Shown here piece after piece: positions 1-12,022 of a stretch of DNA of 64,000 nucleotides; position 1 is the stretch's first letter, and each line of letters starts with the position of its first letter. The position numbers and the translations under genes were made by a program. Location: assembly GCA_965287045.1 (NCBI GenBank), contig OZ336884.1, forward strand, positions 48,732,001 to 48,796,000. The letters run 5' to 3'. The notes beneath the pieces were generated by a model, which saw only the letters and a list, made by a program, of their open reading frames with translations, had not been told where the DNA came from and ran no database searches. This DNA is from Carcharhinus amblyrhynchos (taxonomy: Eukaryota).

Positions 1-752
1 GCAGAAACTTACTTTACAACACAAGTCATTTTGCTTCCTTGAGGCAATAACTGACCCTGATGACCCTTTTTGATCCCCGTTATACTATTTGTATTCTATG
101 TGAAATATAGTACGAATGAAGGTTTCATTTTTTCTGTTATATTGAAGCGAGCACTGATGTATGTAGGGATTTTATAGGGATGAAATACATTGTAGTTTTG
201 GTGTTTGCTATTGCTTGGGTTTATGCACTAATAACTCAGTTCAGATACCTAATCCAATTTTGTAATCCTGCTTTCAAAGTCTGGGCAGTCTTTTAAGCAA
301 TAAAATTTGTCTTGATTTTCACGCAATTAGCTTAAGTCTAGAAAATGCATTTGGATTTTCACTCATAAAATTACCAATAATTAGAATTTGAGGTAAACTT
401 AAACTGAGATGTTAAAATTAAGTTTTGTGTAAAATTTTAACACAAATTGGGATAATTAGACCATAGCATTTGTAACTATCAATAAAATGCCTAAGGGTAT
501 TATCAAATGTATTTGCAGCACATAAATGGGTTCATTGGTATGAAAAGGCAACAAGAAGAATAAAGATCACTAATGTGTTGGGACATCATTAAGTAAACAT
601 GTCACACAATTATTGTTTAACCATGTGAAAAGTCTTTGCAACGAGCCTTTTAGTGTGTTTACTTGATTTGATGACTTGCGAAACCAGAGATCTTGAAACT
701 CTTTTGGAATTCTTACATTCTTAATCTTGGACTATAACTGAGAAGAAATCAT

Positions 753-879
753 GGGTGGGATTTTATGGCCTCACTCATCCCAAAATCGTAAAATGCCACC
801 CAAGGTCAAGGGACTTTCCTATGCCATGCTCCTTGCCTTCTTTGATTCCTGTGGCGGGCAGACAGGTAGATTTCTGGTT
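753..879. mobile_element. Short TIR element (MITE family A, Harbinger-like ends)
   Basis: Starts GGGTGGGATTTTATG with inverted partner CGTAAAATGCCACCC; related copies at 11900-12022 and 25699-25827 (reverse). Confidence 0.6.
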
Positions 880-924
880 TGCATGTTTATTCTGCTCTGC
901 CTGTAATACGATGAGCCTCTTATT

Positions 925-1066
925 TAATAAAAGCAAAATATTGTGGATGTTGGAAATCTGAAACAAAAACAGGAAATGTTGGAAAATCTCAGCAGGTTGG
1001 GAAGCATCTGTGGAGAGAAAAACAGGGTTAACATTTCAAGTCTGTATGACTCTTCTTCAGAGTAAC
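925..1066 (-). mobile_element. Short interspersed repeat carrying a minimal hammerhead motif (probably Penelope-related, non-autonomous)
   Basis: Minus strand reads CTGAAGA-A-GAGTC-ATACA-GACTT-GAAATGTT-AACC, then ...CTCTCCACAGATGCT...CCTGCTGAG; same family at 2872/3917, 51925, 57331. Confidence 0.65.
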
Positions 1067-1449
1067 TTATTTAATTTCTGCCCTTAAAATCACTGGCAAT
1101 GTTCTGGAAAGTGGAGCTTTCTAAACTTTTGTTGAGTAGTAACTGCTTTTGTATAGCATAATTGTGTTAATGTGCCAACTCCCAGAGCGCAGGCATTATA
1201 AAATAAATCACTCACCGGATAGTTAATTGGAATGATTGGGTTTTTAACATGCCTTTTGGTGATTAGGTTTAATGGGGGTAATTTTGAACCACAATGATAG
1301 GTGGAAGAAGAGTTAATTTTTTTTAAATCAGAGAACTACTCCCAACTTACCTTTAATTTTTGTTTTAACAGAGGTGGAATGGGGGGCAGGACGTGGGGAT
1401 AGGCATCTAACCTGCTTTCCAGAGGAAGGTCCAGTATTAAGCTATTAAC

Positions 1450-1998
1450 TGTGTACAGTTTTGGTCTCCTTACTTGAGAAAGGATATACTGGCACTGGAG
1501 GGGGTACAGAGGAGATTCATTGGGTTGATTCTGGAAGTGAGAGGCTTAGGTTATGAGGAGAGACTGAGTAGACTGTGGTTATACTCATTGGAATTCAGAA
1601 GAATGAGGGGATGTCTTGTAGAAACATATAAGATTATGAAAGGGATAGATAAGATAGAAGCAAAGAAGTTGTTTCCACTGGCAGGTGAAACTAGAAGTAG
1701 GGGGCATGGCCTCAAAATAAGGGGGAGCAGATTTAGGACAAACTGAGGAGGAATGTCTTCACCCAAGGGGTTGTGAATCTATAGAATTCCCTTCCCAGTG
1801 AAGCAGTTGAGGCTACCTCATTGAATGTTTTTAAGACAAGGATAGATAAATTTTTGAACAGTAAAGGAATTAAGGGTTATGGTGAGCGGGTGGGTAAGTG
1901 GAGCTGAGTCCATGAAAAGATCAGTCATGACCTTATTGAATGGCAGAGCAGGCTTGAGGGACCAGATGGCCTATTCCTAATTCTAATGTTCTTATGTC
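1450..1998 (+). mobile_element. CR1/HER1-like LINE, 3' fragment
   Basis: ORF 1474-1746 RKDILALEGVQRRF...RGHGLKI is the CR1 ORF2 C-terminus; ends in a TTCTTATG-type tail. Confidence 0.9.
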
Positions 1999-2925
1999 CT
2001 TAAGTTCTTAATGAAACTACTTGCCTCAAATTAACCAGAGTTCCTCTGTGCTTTTAAGGTCTGAAAATCAAGTTTACTCAGGAAACCTGATGGATAAAGG
2101 GATGTGAGAAGGGCAAGAGTGTTTGTGGGACAGGCGGAGAGGGAACACTTCCTCTTTGCCCTGCAAGTTCATCTGTTTGGGTCCCATTATTGGATTACTA
2201 TGACCAGATACCCCAATCTGTGCTCAGCTTTCTTCCTAATCTATTCTTCATCTCCTGCCGTGACCCAATCATGACCATGCACCTTAATGTAACCCAGGCT
2301 TTCTGACCTCCTTTCCAAATCATACCAACCATGTGCACAACTACAACCGATTTTAAATGCTTCCAATATTGCCTCCCATCCAAGGATTCTCCCTTGGCCT
2401 TTCTCAGCATAAACCACACAGTCTGATTTCCTCTCCAGGGTAACTCCTCAGCTGATTCTAGCTGAGGACAACATTTCCTCTGTGGAATTTATATGGCCAT
2501 TAAAGTGTTTCACCATTCTGTCCTTAACATGTCAGTTATGGCACTGTTACCACTGAGCTAACATGAAAAATCCAAGGAAGTAAAACAATATGAAAATATG
2601 AGGAGAAATGGGCTCAGATCGAGTGTGAAAAGGAAATTGAGGATTTCTCTAATGAAAATTATGGCAATGAAAGAAGTAATTTAGTAACAAAAAACTGAGA
2701 TAAATACAAAGCTCCTTATGCATGCACAGATCTGATTTATGCTTGTGAATTATTCAAGAAAGAACTGATTATATGGTATCATCTGGTGATTTTTCCTTAT
2801 AATAATCTTTTCTTGCAACTTGCGTGCATAATTTATTTTGAATTGCATCCAGTTAGGTTATCCTGCAATAAGAATAACATGCTGGAAATACTCATCAGGG
2901 CTGACAGTTGGGAGAGAGAAGCAAA

Positions 2926-3916
2926 GGGGTGGATTTTCACTGAGTCATTTAAGAATGATGGCCTGGACTTGATTCTGGGATTCCTGGAACTTCCAATTGC
3001 ATGAGTTGTGAGTGTGGTTATGAACCCACACTCTGCAATTTTCTCCTGGCTGGTTCCATTGCGGGAATAGGCATCTCCAAAGGTTTTGTGTGGTCGGGCC
3101 AGATTTTCAAGGTATCATGGTTCACGGCCACCTGAGGTGTCGAGAATGAGTGAACCTCTGAAAAGTAAGTTTAAAAGATCTTATCCATTCCCCCTTGCCA
3201 ACCTATGGCTTCCTAGCTGAGAGCCCAGACATCCATTTATTGAAACAGTTGTGCCTCAGTGAAAACATTGATTGATTGACAGGTCTTTTCTGGTGATGTA
3301 TTCTGTCGATTGTACAATGTTTATCTGCGTGAGATATAGGTATTGAAACACTAAAGATTTTGGATGACTGGAATTTCATAGGGCTGCAATAAAAGCACTT
3401 TAAAAAATAGAACATAATGAATGAATGAGCTTGTAAAAATTTTTCACACATGATATTGTTAGCATTGAGTTTATTGATTCTGTACAAGGTATATATTGAG
3501 TGAATGGGCATACAAGTGCCATAGGTTTGCATGGAAGGTATGAGGGCCCACAGGGTTTAGTGGAGGGGCATAGGTTGGCATGGATGATATGAGAGGTCAT
3601 GGGGCATGGGGAGGGCATAGAGTGTTTGTGTAGTAGGGGAAGGGTAGAGTGGGTGTGAGGGCTGTTTTTGGTTTGAATTTATTACAACTGGAATGAAATC
3701 TGGAAGTACTGAGGCTGGCCTTTTAACCAGTCCATCTTGGCACCTGTCAGCCCTACAGCTGTCTCTGCACTTTTTCCAGGGCTGGAGGCCAGACTCTTCA
3801 CACATCCCACCCCGCATGAAAATCCCACCTTTGCAGGCACTTTCTCTGGGGTGGGCACATTGAGCCAGGAAATTTCCTAACTCCCGGTACCCAGCTCTCA
3901 GCTGAAAATCTAGGCC
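2926..3916. mobile_element. ~1 kb non-autonomous DNA transposon with TIRs (Harbinger-like)
   Basis: GGGGTGGATTTTCACTGAG ... CTCAGCTGAAAATCTAGGCC; flanks AAA/AGA; splits a hammerhead-family repeat (2872-2925 and 3917-3955). Confidence 0.7.
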
Positions 3917-4623
3917 AGAGTTAACATTACAGCTTGAGGTCCTTTCTTCAGAAAAAGGTTGAATATTTTCCTGCAATGTGTTTATCTCTGTTTTATATCT
4001 GTTTAATTTAATGACAAATTCATTCCATCTTGATATATTTGTCTCTAACCTGTCAACAAATGTTTTGCTAAGTCTGTAGGGCCCACCACAGGTGTTCAGT
4101 ACTTAACGTGCAAATTATGAGCCTGTCTTTTTTTAAAGATCTCTGTGAGATCAAAATTAGTCAGCAATTAGCAGAGCAGGTGCCTTTTTTCCCAGGATTC
4201 TTCAATGACTTAGCCATTCATTGCCAGATATGGTTGGACCACTGGATCACGTTCCTCTGTGAAAACTGCTCATTACAACAGAAAAGCTCTGGAATGCAAA
4301 GATAATTCCTGGCTTCCTTTATCTACGATCAACCATCTTCTTAACCCTCTTCCCTTCCCACCCTTACCAACAGCAAGAGTCAGGTATTTATGGAAATCAT
4401 TGTCAGTAAGTTTGAGCCCAGTTGTTATGTTGCATTCCTAAACCAAACCAAACTTCCCCAAGGTTTCCACCATGGCAGCTGTTAACCTTGTCTAGTTACT
4501 CCTCATCTTGCCTCTGCTCTCACTAGAATCATCTTGTCAATGGGGTCCAACTCCTTTTCTATAAACTTTTTAATCTGTTGACCTCCCAACTTCCCTTCCT
4601 GGCCCATATGCTAACTAACAGAT

Positions 4624-4740
4624 AAGCACAGTAAGAAGCCTGACAATACCAGGTTAAAATCCAACAGGTTTATTTGGCAGCACAAGGTTTTGGACGAACA
4701 TTCCTTCTTCACCTGAAGAAGGACCAAACTCAGAAAGCTT
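4624..4740. mobile_element. Penelope-like pseudo-LTR fragments in back-to-back inverted arrangement
   Basis: 4624-4710 is the reverse complement of the pLTR seen at 9130-9220; palindrome CCTTCTTCA-CC-TGAAGAAGG joins it to a plus-strand CTGAAGA...GAAAGCTT. Confidence 0.7.
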
Positions 4741-4790
4741 TAAGGACATAAGAACATAAGAAATAGGAGCAGGAGTAGGCCATCTAGCCC
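4741..4790 (-). mobile_element. 50-bp tail-only copy of the young CR1
   Basis: CATAAGAACATAAGAAATAGGAGCAGGAGTAGGCCATCTAGCCC matches the tail at 31429. Confidence 0.85.
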
Positions 4791-5059
4791 TAATTAATTC
4801 CATCCTTGTCTCTGGCCACTCTCTCAAGGTGAGCAGACAATTTGCTGTTTCAGGAGATTCTAAACTGGAATCCCATAAATGGGATTCCAATAATTGCCGG
4901 TCCCATAAACTTGCCTTCACAAAGATACCCTCTTCTTTAATAATAATAATCCTTTAATAATAATCCTTCTCCAAGCCAGCTTTATCAACTGTTGGTAAAG
5001 GATTCATCTATGTTATACCTACCTCCAGACTTGGCTTTCTCAATGCTGTCCTGACCAGC

Positions 5060-5310
5060 TTCACATCTTCAACCTCCATGAGCTTGAAATCATCCAAAGC
5101 TCTGCTGCCTATACCCTAGAGGACCAAGTTCCTTCTACACATCATCCCATCTTATTGACCTACACTGGCACTCGGGCCAGCAAAACTTTAATTTTAAAAT
5201 TCCCATTCTCATGCTGAAAGTCTATCATGACATTGCTCCTTATCTCTGTGATCACATCTAGCTCTGCAACCCCCTGAGATTGCTGCATTCCTCCAACTTT
5301 GCCATTTTGT
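5060..5310 (+). mobile_element. Old L2-like LINE 3' fragment
   Basis: CATCCAAA.CTCTGCTGCC...TGACCTACACTGG...TTTTAAAATT pattern (IQNSAA...L..LHWL...FK); related to 58960-59200. Confidence 0.55.
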
Positions 5311-7819
5311 TCCTAGTTATGAACATGTCAGTTTGAATCCTCCTGTTGTTAGAACTTAAGGTGAACAGAGGGAATACTTGATGAACTTTAATGACCAGAA
5401 TGTTTTATGATGCATTAGTTATTGAAAAATGAGCATGTATCTTTTCTTACAGTCCATATCATGACTGATCACTTTTTTAAAATAAAGGAATTCCTGTGAT
5501 GCCAACAGAAAAAATTGAACAAAATTTCTCTTTTTAAAACTGAAACAAACCAAATCGAATTGACACAATTCAAACAGTAATTAACAGGTAAAGAATATTT
5601 CAACTAAAAAGGTAAATTTAACTTTAGGAAGTAGATACAACAAAGGTGTGTCTTGCATTACTTCCCCCACAAATGTGGGACCATGGCAATTTCAGGCTTT
5701 CCAACTCAGCCCCTGCTATGTAAGATCTCTCACTCCCACTCAGTTGAACTCACCAGCAGCTGTATTCCACCAGAATTCCCCTAGACACAATTATCACTAC
5801 CAAGGTTCACGTCAATGAGCTCTTTCTCACTTGAGACCTGATAGCGCAGAATTCCCAGAGACTCCCTTCTCCAATATCTTTAAGCAGCCTGGCAAACTCT
5901 GACAATATGTAAAAAAAACAGTAATGGGTCTTGTTCCATCCAACAGCTTCTTGCCCTTCCTGTCTTAAATTTTCTGCTTTCTAAATATACGAAAAAGGAA
6001 CACATCCTCTTTTCCCATCTCTGTTTTAACACGAACACCTGTTCAAAACCTGCCAAACAGAAAACTATTACACTCAGAAAAAACCTTGTCCATTTTTCCT
6101 TTACACAAACCCTGAGTCTGTTCTGAAATGCCAAACAGGAAAAAGTGGCTAACCCAACCCCACAGCAACTAGCTTTCAATTTACCCCCTGCTTCTTGGCA
6201 GCTCATCACAAGGCAACTTCAGCTCACATGGGCATTTCTTGGAACCTACTGAAACCAATTAACTCTCTGTCAGAATACTCCCTAGCTCACCCTGCTTTTA
6301 AAAGGGGCATCATGCAAAAGAAAAGTATGCTTTTCCCCCAAGCACATTGGCCATCATACTTAAGAAGCATCAGTTCTGAAGAAATAAAACTGCCTTTACC
6401 TCAATAAAACACAATACTGGCTTAGTGCCAAAGAAATAACTTGGATGGAGCAATTCATACAGAAAAATCAAACTTGAGATACATGTGCAGGTTATTTGTT
6501 CAATAATTTGGGAGAGCAATGACTGAAGTCTTTCTGAGTAATCTAAGAGAAGAAGTTGGTGTCCAACTGTTCTATTCAGAAGCAATCTTCCTGCTTGCTC
6601 AGTGTGAACTGAACATGAACACTTACTCCTATATCAATCTTTCCATTTCAGTTTAAATTGTCTTTTAAACATTTTAGCTCTACTTTATTAGATATGCTTT
6701 ATATAACATTCCCCATTTTATAACAGACCTGAATTGAAATCAATAAATCCAGCAAATTTAGGATATTTTAACTCCAGCATAGTGTAGTGTAAATCCTTGG
6801 AGGATATAGCTCATTAATAAGCTGCTTCAATTTTGTACAAATCACTATAATATGTTGGCTGGCACCCAATTAGATCATTATAGCATTATATTTGAGATGT
6901 GGTGCTGAGAGACTAAATGTTCAAATGATTAATACAGTTACTTTTAGGGAGGAAAAAGATTGGAATAATTAATTTTTTCTCACGACTTTCTTTTGTGGTG
7001 CTTCAGATTTATTTAACCAGACAACCTGAAAGTGTGGGACAAATTGTACTGTACTTGCTGCAGTACTGAAGGCCTTCAAAAATATGCAGTTTGTATACAA
7101 AAAAAATGAACTTTTAAAGTTTTAACATAAACTAACAATCACTCATCATTCAGGGGCTTTGGAATGTAAAAATCCAAGCAATCCCTGAGCTCTAACTGTG
7201 AGACACTATTGATTTTCTCGACTAAATTCTAAAACCTTTGGTCTTCCCAGGGAAGAAGAGCTGTGCCTGTCACTAAACTCCCGATATGTTCTGTCATTAG
7301 CCACTCTTATGCTGACACTGGCTTCCCTGCCCCGGACCAGCAGGAGGGCAGATACTGTTTTCATGCCTGAGTGAAAAACATTTGGAGCTCAAATTTCCTT
7401 TCATTTGCTGCTATACAAGAGAAGTCCTACTTTTTACTCAGAAGTCCTTGTCAGTAATTGTTTCTGTCAATACTAGTGGAAACTATGACTTTAATAGAAG
7501 TAGCATTTGGTGAGAAGAGAATGAACTGAATCATCAGGATCAGTGGTAGATAACTTAACTCCTTCCAACCAAAGATTATTTCACTGTTTGTATTAGCTTT
7601 ACAGTGACAGTAGTTTGAATGATTTTCCTGGTTAGCTTTTCACTTACTTCAAATGGGTTAATAAATGCAAACAGAGATCTACAATTCTCTGGCTACCATT
7701 ATAATTGGAAAATAAAACTTACATCTATAAAATTCTTTATTATATTGCCCAAATGGTTCAATGTGCTTCACATAATGAATTTCTTCTGGAGCATAGGGAT
7801 TTTTGTATAAGCAAATATG

Positions 7820-7960
7820 AAGGTGTTCTTCACTAGCAACACTCACAAAGAATAATGCAAAGTTTGAGCAGTTAATTTATGTTGGCTGAGGAAGTAATGT
7901 TGGATAAGCCACCTGGGGAATTCCTTGTTCTCCTTTGAACAGTGCCATTGGATATTTAAT
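7820..7960 (-). mobile_element. Ancient Deu-domain SINE relic (SacSINE1-like)
   Basis: Similar to 44320-44420 (TGTTG..TGAGG..A..TGTTG...GG.GAA.T.C.T..TCT.CTT). Confidence 0.4.
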
Positions 7961-8311
7961 GTTAGTTCTAATCTTAAAATGAAGGAGTAGACAAAAGTAA
8001 TGCAATGGATGTCATAAACTTTTCTTCATGTAAAGTTGAAAATACCTTAGATATTGTATCATTCATTAGGCTCACGAGAGGTTAAGGCATGTGGAATCAG
8101 GGGCAAATAGCTGAATAGATAGCAAAGTGGCTACAAATAGAAAGCCAAGGTACTGGTAAAGAGGAATTATTCAGTTTGGAGGAAATTAGAAAGGATGGAC
8201 AAAGAATGAGACAATTCACTCCTCTTTAACCTGTGATTATCCCTCTCTCCACTCGCATTGTTTGTACCTGTAGACACTTGACTACCTTTTAAGACTTGGA
8301 TTCTAACCATT

Positions 8312-9067
8312 TCCTATGTTAGAGACACACAGTACGAGGGGCCATGGACTTAGGGTGAGGGGGGAGAGTTATAACATGGATATTAGGGGGAGGTTTTTCA
8401 CACAGAGGATAGTGGGGGTATGGAATGCTCTGCCAAGCAAGGTGGTGGAGGCAAGCACACTGGAGTTGTTTAAGAGTTACTTAGACAGGCAAATGAGTGG
8501 GTTGGAGATGGGAGGATATAGGAGATTGTCTTAAATAAGGTTCATTAGCATTGGGACGTCCCTGGTAATGTAAAAGGATGTGGGATGATACTAATGTTTT
8601 TCTCTTTTAATTCACAGGTTTTAAGTCGGTCTGCCTTGTTGCCCAACGAGGGGCATACACGCGATGGGTCGTACTAGGCTGCTCTTGGATGTTCGAGAAT
8701 AGCCTAGTGCTTCATGTCGTTAGTGTGTGCTTAAACTGGACCAGATGCTGGGCAACACGACAGCTCAGTGACTATCACTGTTTGCTGTGCAGACACATGG
8801 ATTTGGGCCAGTGTCTGTGGGAGTTTGTGCGTTCTCCCCGTGCTTGCGTGGGTTTTCTCCAGGTGCTCCGGTTTCCTCCCACACCCTAAAGATGTGCTAT
8901 TAGGCTGACTGGTGGTAATAAATTGTCCCTAAATTAGTTTGCCTCAATGTGGAATGACATAAGCATAGATAAGGGTCATGGGTGTGGGGGGGACTGGAAA
9001 TGTTAAAATGGGGTGTGGGCTCGTTGGACCGAAGGGCCTGTTTCCCAGGTTGTTTTTGTTCTTTGTT
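8312..9067 (+). mobile_element. Composite insertion: CR1 C-terminus + structured spacer + V-SINE + LINE-type tail
   Basis: ORF 8316-8534 TRGHGLRV...FFTQRIVGVWNALP; V-domain at ~8810-8930; GTTCTTT tail; CATT on both sides. Confidence 0.7.
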
Positions 9068-9127
9068 CATTATCTTGCAATTGTGCCTTTGTCCATATAT
9101 GCCATGTCTGTGAACCTAACTTTCCAC

Positions 9128-9164
9128 TCACCTGATGAAGGAGCAGCACTCCAAAAGCTCATGA
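9128..9164 (+). ncRNA. Decayed minimal type-I hammerhead ribozyme motif
   Basis: TCAC-CTGATGA-A-GGAG-CAGCA-CTCC-(A)AAAGCT-C-ATGA; the two defects are G>A changes at positions following C (CpG decay). Confidence 0.6.
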
Positions 9165-9644
9165 TACCAAATAAACCTGTTGGACTTTAACCTGGTGTTA
9201 CAAGACTTCTTACTGTACTCATAAATAACATGAATAATTTAAACTCAATATCCAAATTTTCAGATGATATACCAAACTAGGGCTATATTTAACACCGATA
9301 AAGAAAGAAACATAATACAAGAAGGCATTTGAAAACTTGCTAACTTGACAATTAAGTGGCATATGTACTTTAAACTAAATAAATATGCAGTAACGTGCTT
9401 TGTTGTGAAAAATGGTAACATGATTAGAAAATAAAAAACTGAAAGGAGTTGGAGAAGAAACAGATCACTGAAAGTAGCCTCACTGTTTAGCATACAATTA
9501 AAACTGCCAACAAAGCATGGAGATTTATTTCTAGGGTGTAGAATTCAAAAGCAGTGATGTTATGTCATACCTGCATGGGACGATGGTCAGGATTTAGTTA
9601 AGAATGCTAAAAAGCAATCCTACTCCCCTCATGGGGTTACTACT

Positions 9645-10110
9645 GGCAATAAATATTACTGGACTAACCATATAAATGCTGTGGCGACGTGACTAGGTCA
9701 GAGGCTGGGAACTTTGTGGAGGGTAAATCACCTTCTAAAATGCCAAAGCCTGTCCACCATAAGGCAGAAGTCACTTGTCTGGGTGAATGCAACTCCAACA
9801 ACAATTAAGAGGTTCAATGCCATCCAGGACAAAGTAGCCTGTTGATGAACACCACGTCCACTACCTTAAGCATTCATTCCCTTCTCCAACACACAGTGAC
9901 AGCAGTATGTACCATATATACCATTTGCAAGATGCACTTGGGCAACTCCCAAGTCTCCTTTGACAGCAAATTCCAAACACACAAAATCTATCATCTAGAA
10001 GAGCAGGGTAGTAGGCACTTGGGAATATCACCAAATGCAAGATCTCTTCTAACCCAAACACCATCCTGACCTGGAATTGTATTGCTGTTCCTTCACTCCA
10101 CTGGCAATAC
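9645..10110 (+). mobile_element. Second CR1-group LINE lineage (lineage B), 3' fragment
   Basis: Homologous to 20170-20950 and 27440-27965 (CAAAGCCTGTCCACCAT, CATCCAGGACAAAG, AAGATGCAC). Confidence 0.7.
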
Positions 10111-10160
10111 ATGAATCGAGGTAAATTTATACTTTAAGATCATACTGTCCTTTTATACTT

Positions 10161-10392
10161 TCATAGAATCCCTACAATGCAGAAGGAGGCCATTCGGCCC
10201 ATCGAGCCTGTGCCACTAAAAATCCCACCCAGGCCCTAACCCTGTAACCCCATGTATTTACCCTGATAATTTCCCCGACATTAAGGGGCAATTTAGCATA
10301 GCCAATCAACCTAACCTGCACATCTTTGGAAAGTGGGAGGAAACTGGAGCACCCGGAGGAAACCCACGCAGACAGGTCTGGAGAACATGCAA
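10161..10392 (-). mobile_element. HE1-type V-SINE, 5'-truncated, tail A
   Basis: V-domain GAAACTGGAGCACCCGGAGGAAACCCACGCAGAC plus CATAGAATCCCTACA tail; abuts a short CR1 piece (10400-10490). Confidence 0.85.
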
Positions 10393-11899
10393 ACTTTAAC
10401 CCTTTAATGAAATCACTTCCCATTCTTCTAAACTCCAGAAAGTGTAGGCCCATTCTACTCAATTGCTCCTTAATCGACAGTCCTCTCTTAGGCAAAAAGA
10501 CACAAAGGGACTGGGGCGGTCAATGGGTTGCTGACTTCGGAACAGTTTTTCCTTTTTAATAATAACTTTTGCGGTTCCTGACAAAGTCTGTAATTGTGCA
10601 TCATTACATTGGTGATGAGGATGGGACAGATTATGAGAGCACTGCCTGAATTGGCCAATACAGTCAAAAGTTTTGAAATGGATAGGAAAGAAATGAAGAG
10701 AAAATAGCTCCTGAGAAACAAGAAATGTGACTTTGTGTTTAAGGAAAAATAGAATTTAATAACAAAAGACAGTTGCTGCAGAATTTTTGATGAGAGGAAA
10801 CAAAAAGAACACAAAGCAATGTTTTCAGTGAAAAGGGAAAACTGCCCCAAGGAGCTGGGGGACCTTTCCCAGAAGTGTGGGAAAATAAAGAGCCGACTGG
10901 GGGATCTGCCTAGAGATCCCTCAACCAAGGGACTGCAGACAGCAGTCTGTTCTGATGTTTTGATGCAGCAGAAGCAAAAAAACTGCAGAGATCACTGAGA
11001 ACTTTCCATTAATAAAAGAAAATGAAGTTTTAAAAGTTAAAAGAAGGCTTAAATGAAGAGCATCAGGTTCCCACCAAAATTTCTAAAGCATGGGAAAAGC
11101 ACATAGACAGAACCAACCAACAGCTGCTAACAGTTAAAAAAAGATGATAGTCTGAAAGTGATAATACATTTAAAGTGGTAAATCATTTAAAGTGGTAATA
11201 TGTTTAATGTGTAAATGTACTTCAAGCGGAAACCGCAAGAAAAGAAGACGTTCATGGACAAGAAAATTGGAGAAGACCCCAGGGAGAGGGCAACTCTCAA
11301 CAAAGGTCCATAAGCAATGAAAACCATAAGGCAAGTGCCATGCAAGCTCTCAGAGGAGGCAATGAAGACCTCAAGGAAGAGGCAATGGGACGACTTCAGA
11401 GGATCAATGAAAGAACCAGAAAGTGGGGCTATTTCCAATGGAATAATTCCACATACACTTCGATTATAGTTTCACCTTTGCATGATGCAGTTTGCAGTTG
11501 ACATTCATCCAATTAATAGAGATTTGTTTGTTACTAAATTTGCTGCATGGCATTCAACTTGAATTCATGCTCAGGCCAGTTCTAAAAGTTTATTGAAGAA
11601 ATATTCTTTCCCAAGGGCTTGATCTTTTAATTTTCTGGGTTGCAGCAGTGAATATGCACTTATTTACTTGTCGATGTAAGCTAAAGGCATCTTATGCTGT
11701 GAAGCCATAAAAATGTGTTTTTGTTTTCTTAAATTCAATTGGCACAATAAATTGTTGACTTAGACCACTTTGCACAATGGCATACAAAACAAGGGTCTGA
11801 AAATTCAGGCCTGGTCGAGAGTTAAACATCACAGTTGAGGTCCAGATGTCAAAGTACTTGTGAAAATGCCATGTGAAATATTGAAAAGCAGAAGGAATA

Positions 11900-12022
11900 G
11901 ATGGGATTTTATGGCCTTGCTCGAGTGAGACTGGAAATTCCCCCCAGAAGTCAACAGACATTTCCGTTGTCCACTCCTCGCCAGCTCCGATTCCATGGTG
12001 GGCGGGGCGGTAGCTTTCTGGC
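11900..12022. mobile_element. MITE family A copy
   Basis: GGGATTTTATGGCCT...GTCAA...GATTCC.TGG.GGGC colinear with 753-879. Confidence 0.55.

Larger units (their letters stand above)
8208..9220 (+). mobile_element. Penelope-like pseudo-LTR split in two (8208-8311, 9068-9220)
   Basis: Both halves resemble 30927-31175; contains hammerhead motif at 9128-9164 and AATAAACCTGTTGGACTTTAACCTGGTGT. Confidence 0.75.
7990..9600 (+). mobile_element. Old CR1 reverse-transcriptase fragment interrupted by nested insertions (8208-9220)
   Basis: 7990-8200 decayed VD...DV...GI.G...W motifs; resumes at ~9221 with ISKFSDD (FADD motif) and GVEFKS. Confidence 0.7.

Noticed and set aside
5344-6480. Solo LTR-like block (similarly 10590-11180 and 33530-34020)
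   Set aside because: Composition is suggestive but I could not define termini or a target duplication
7335-7351. CTCF site CCAGCAGGAGGGCAG
   Set aside because: An extra base breaks the core spacing
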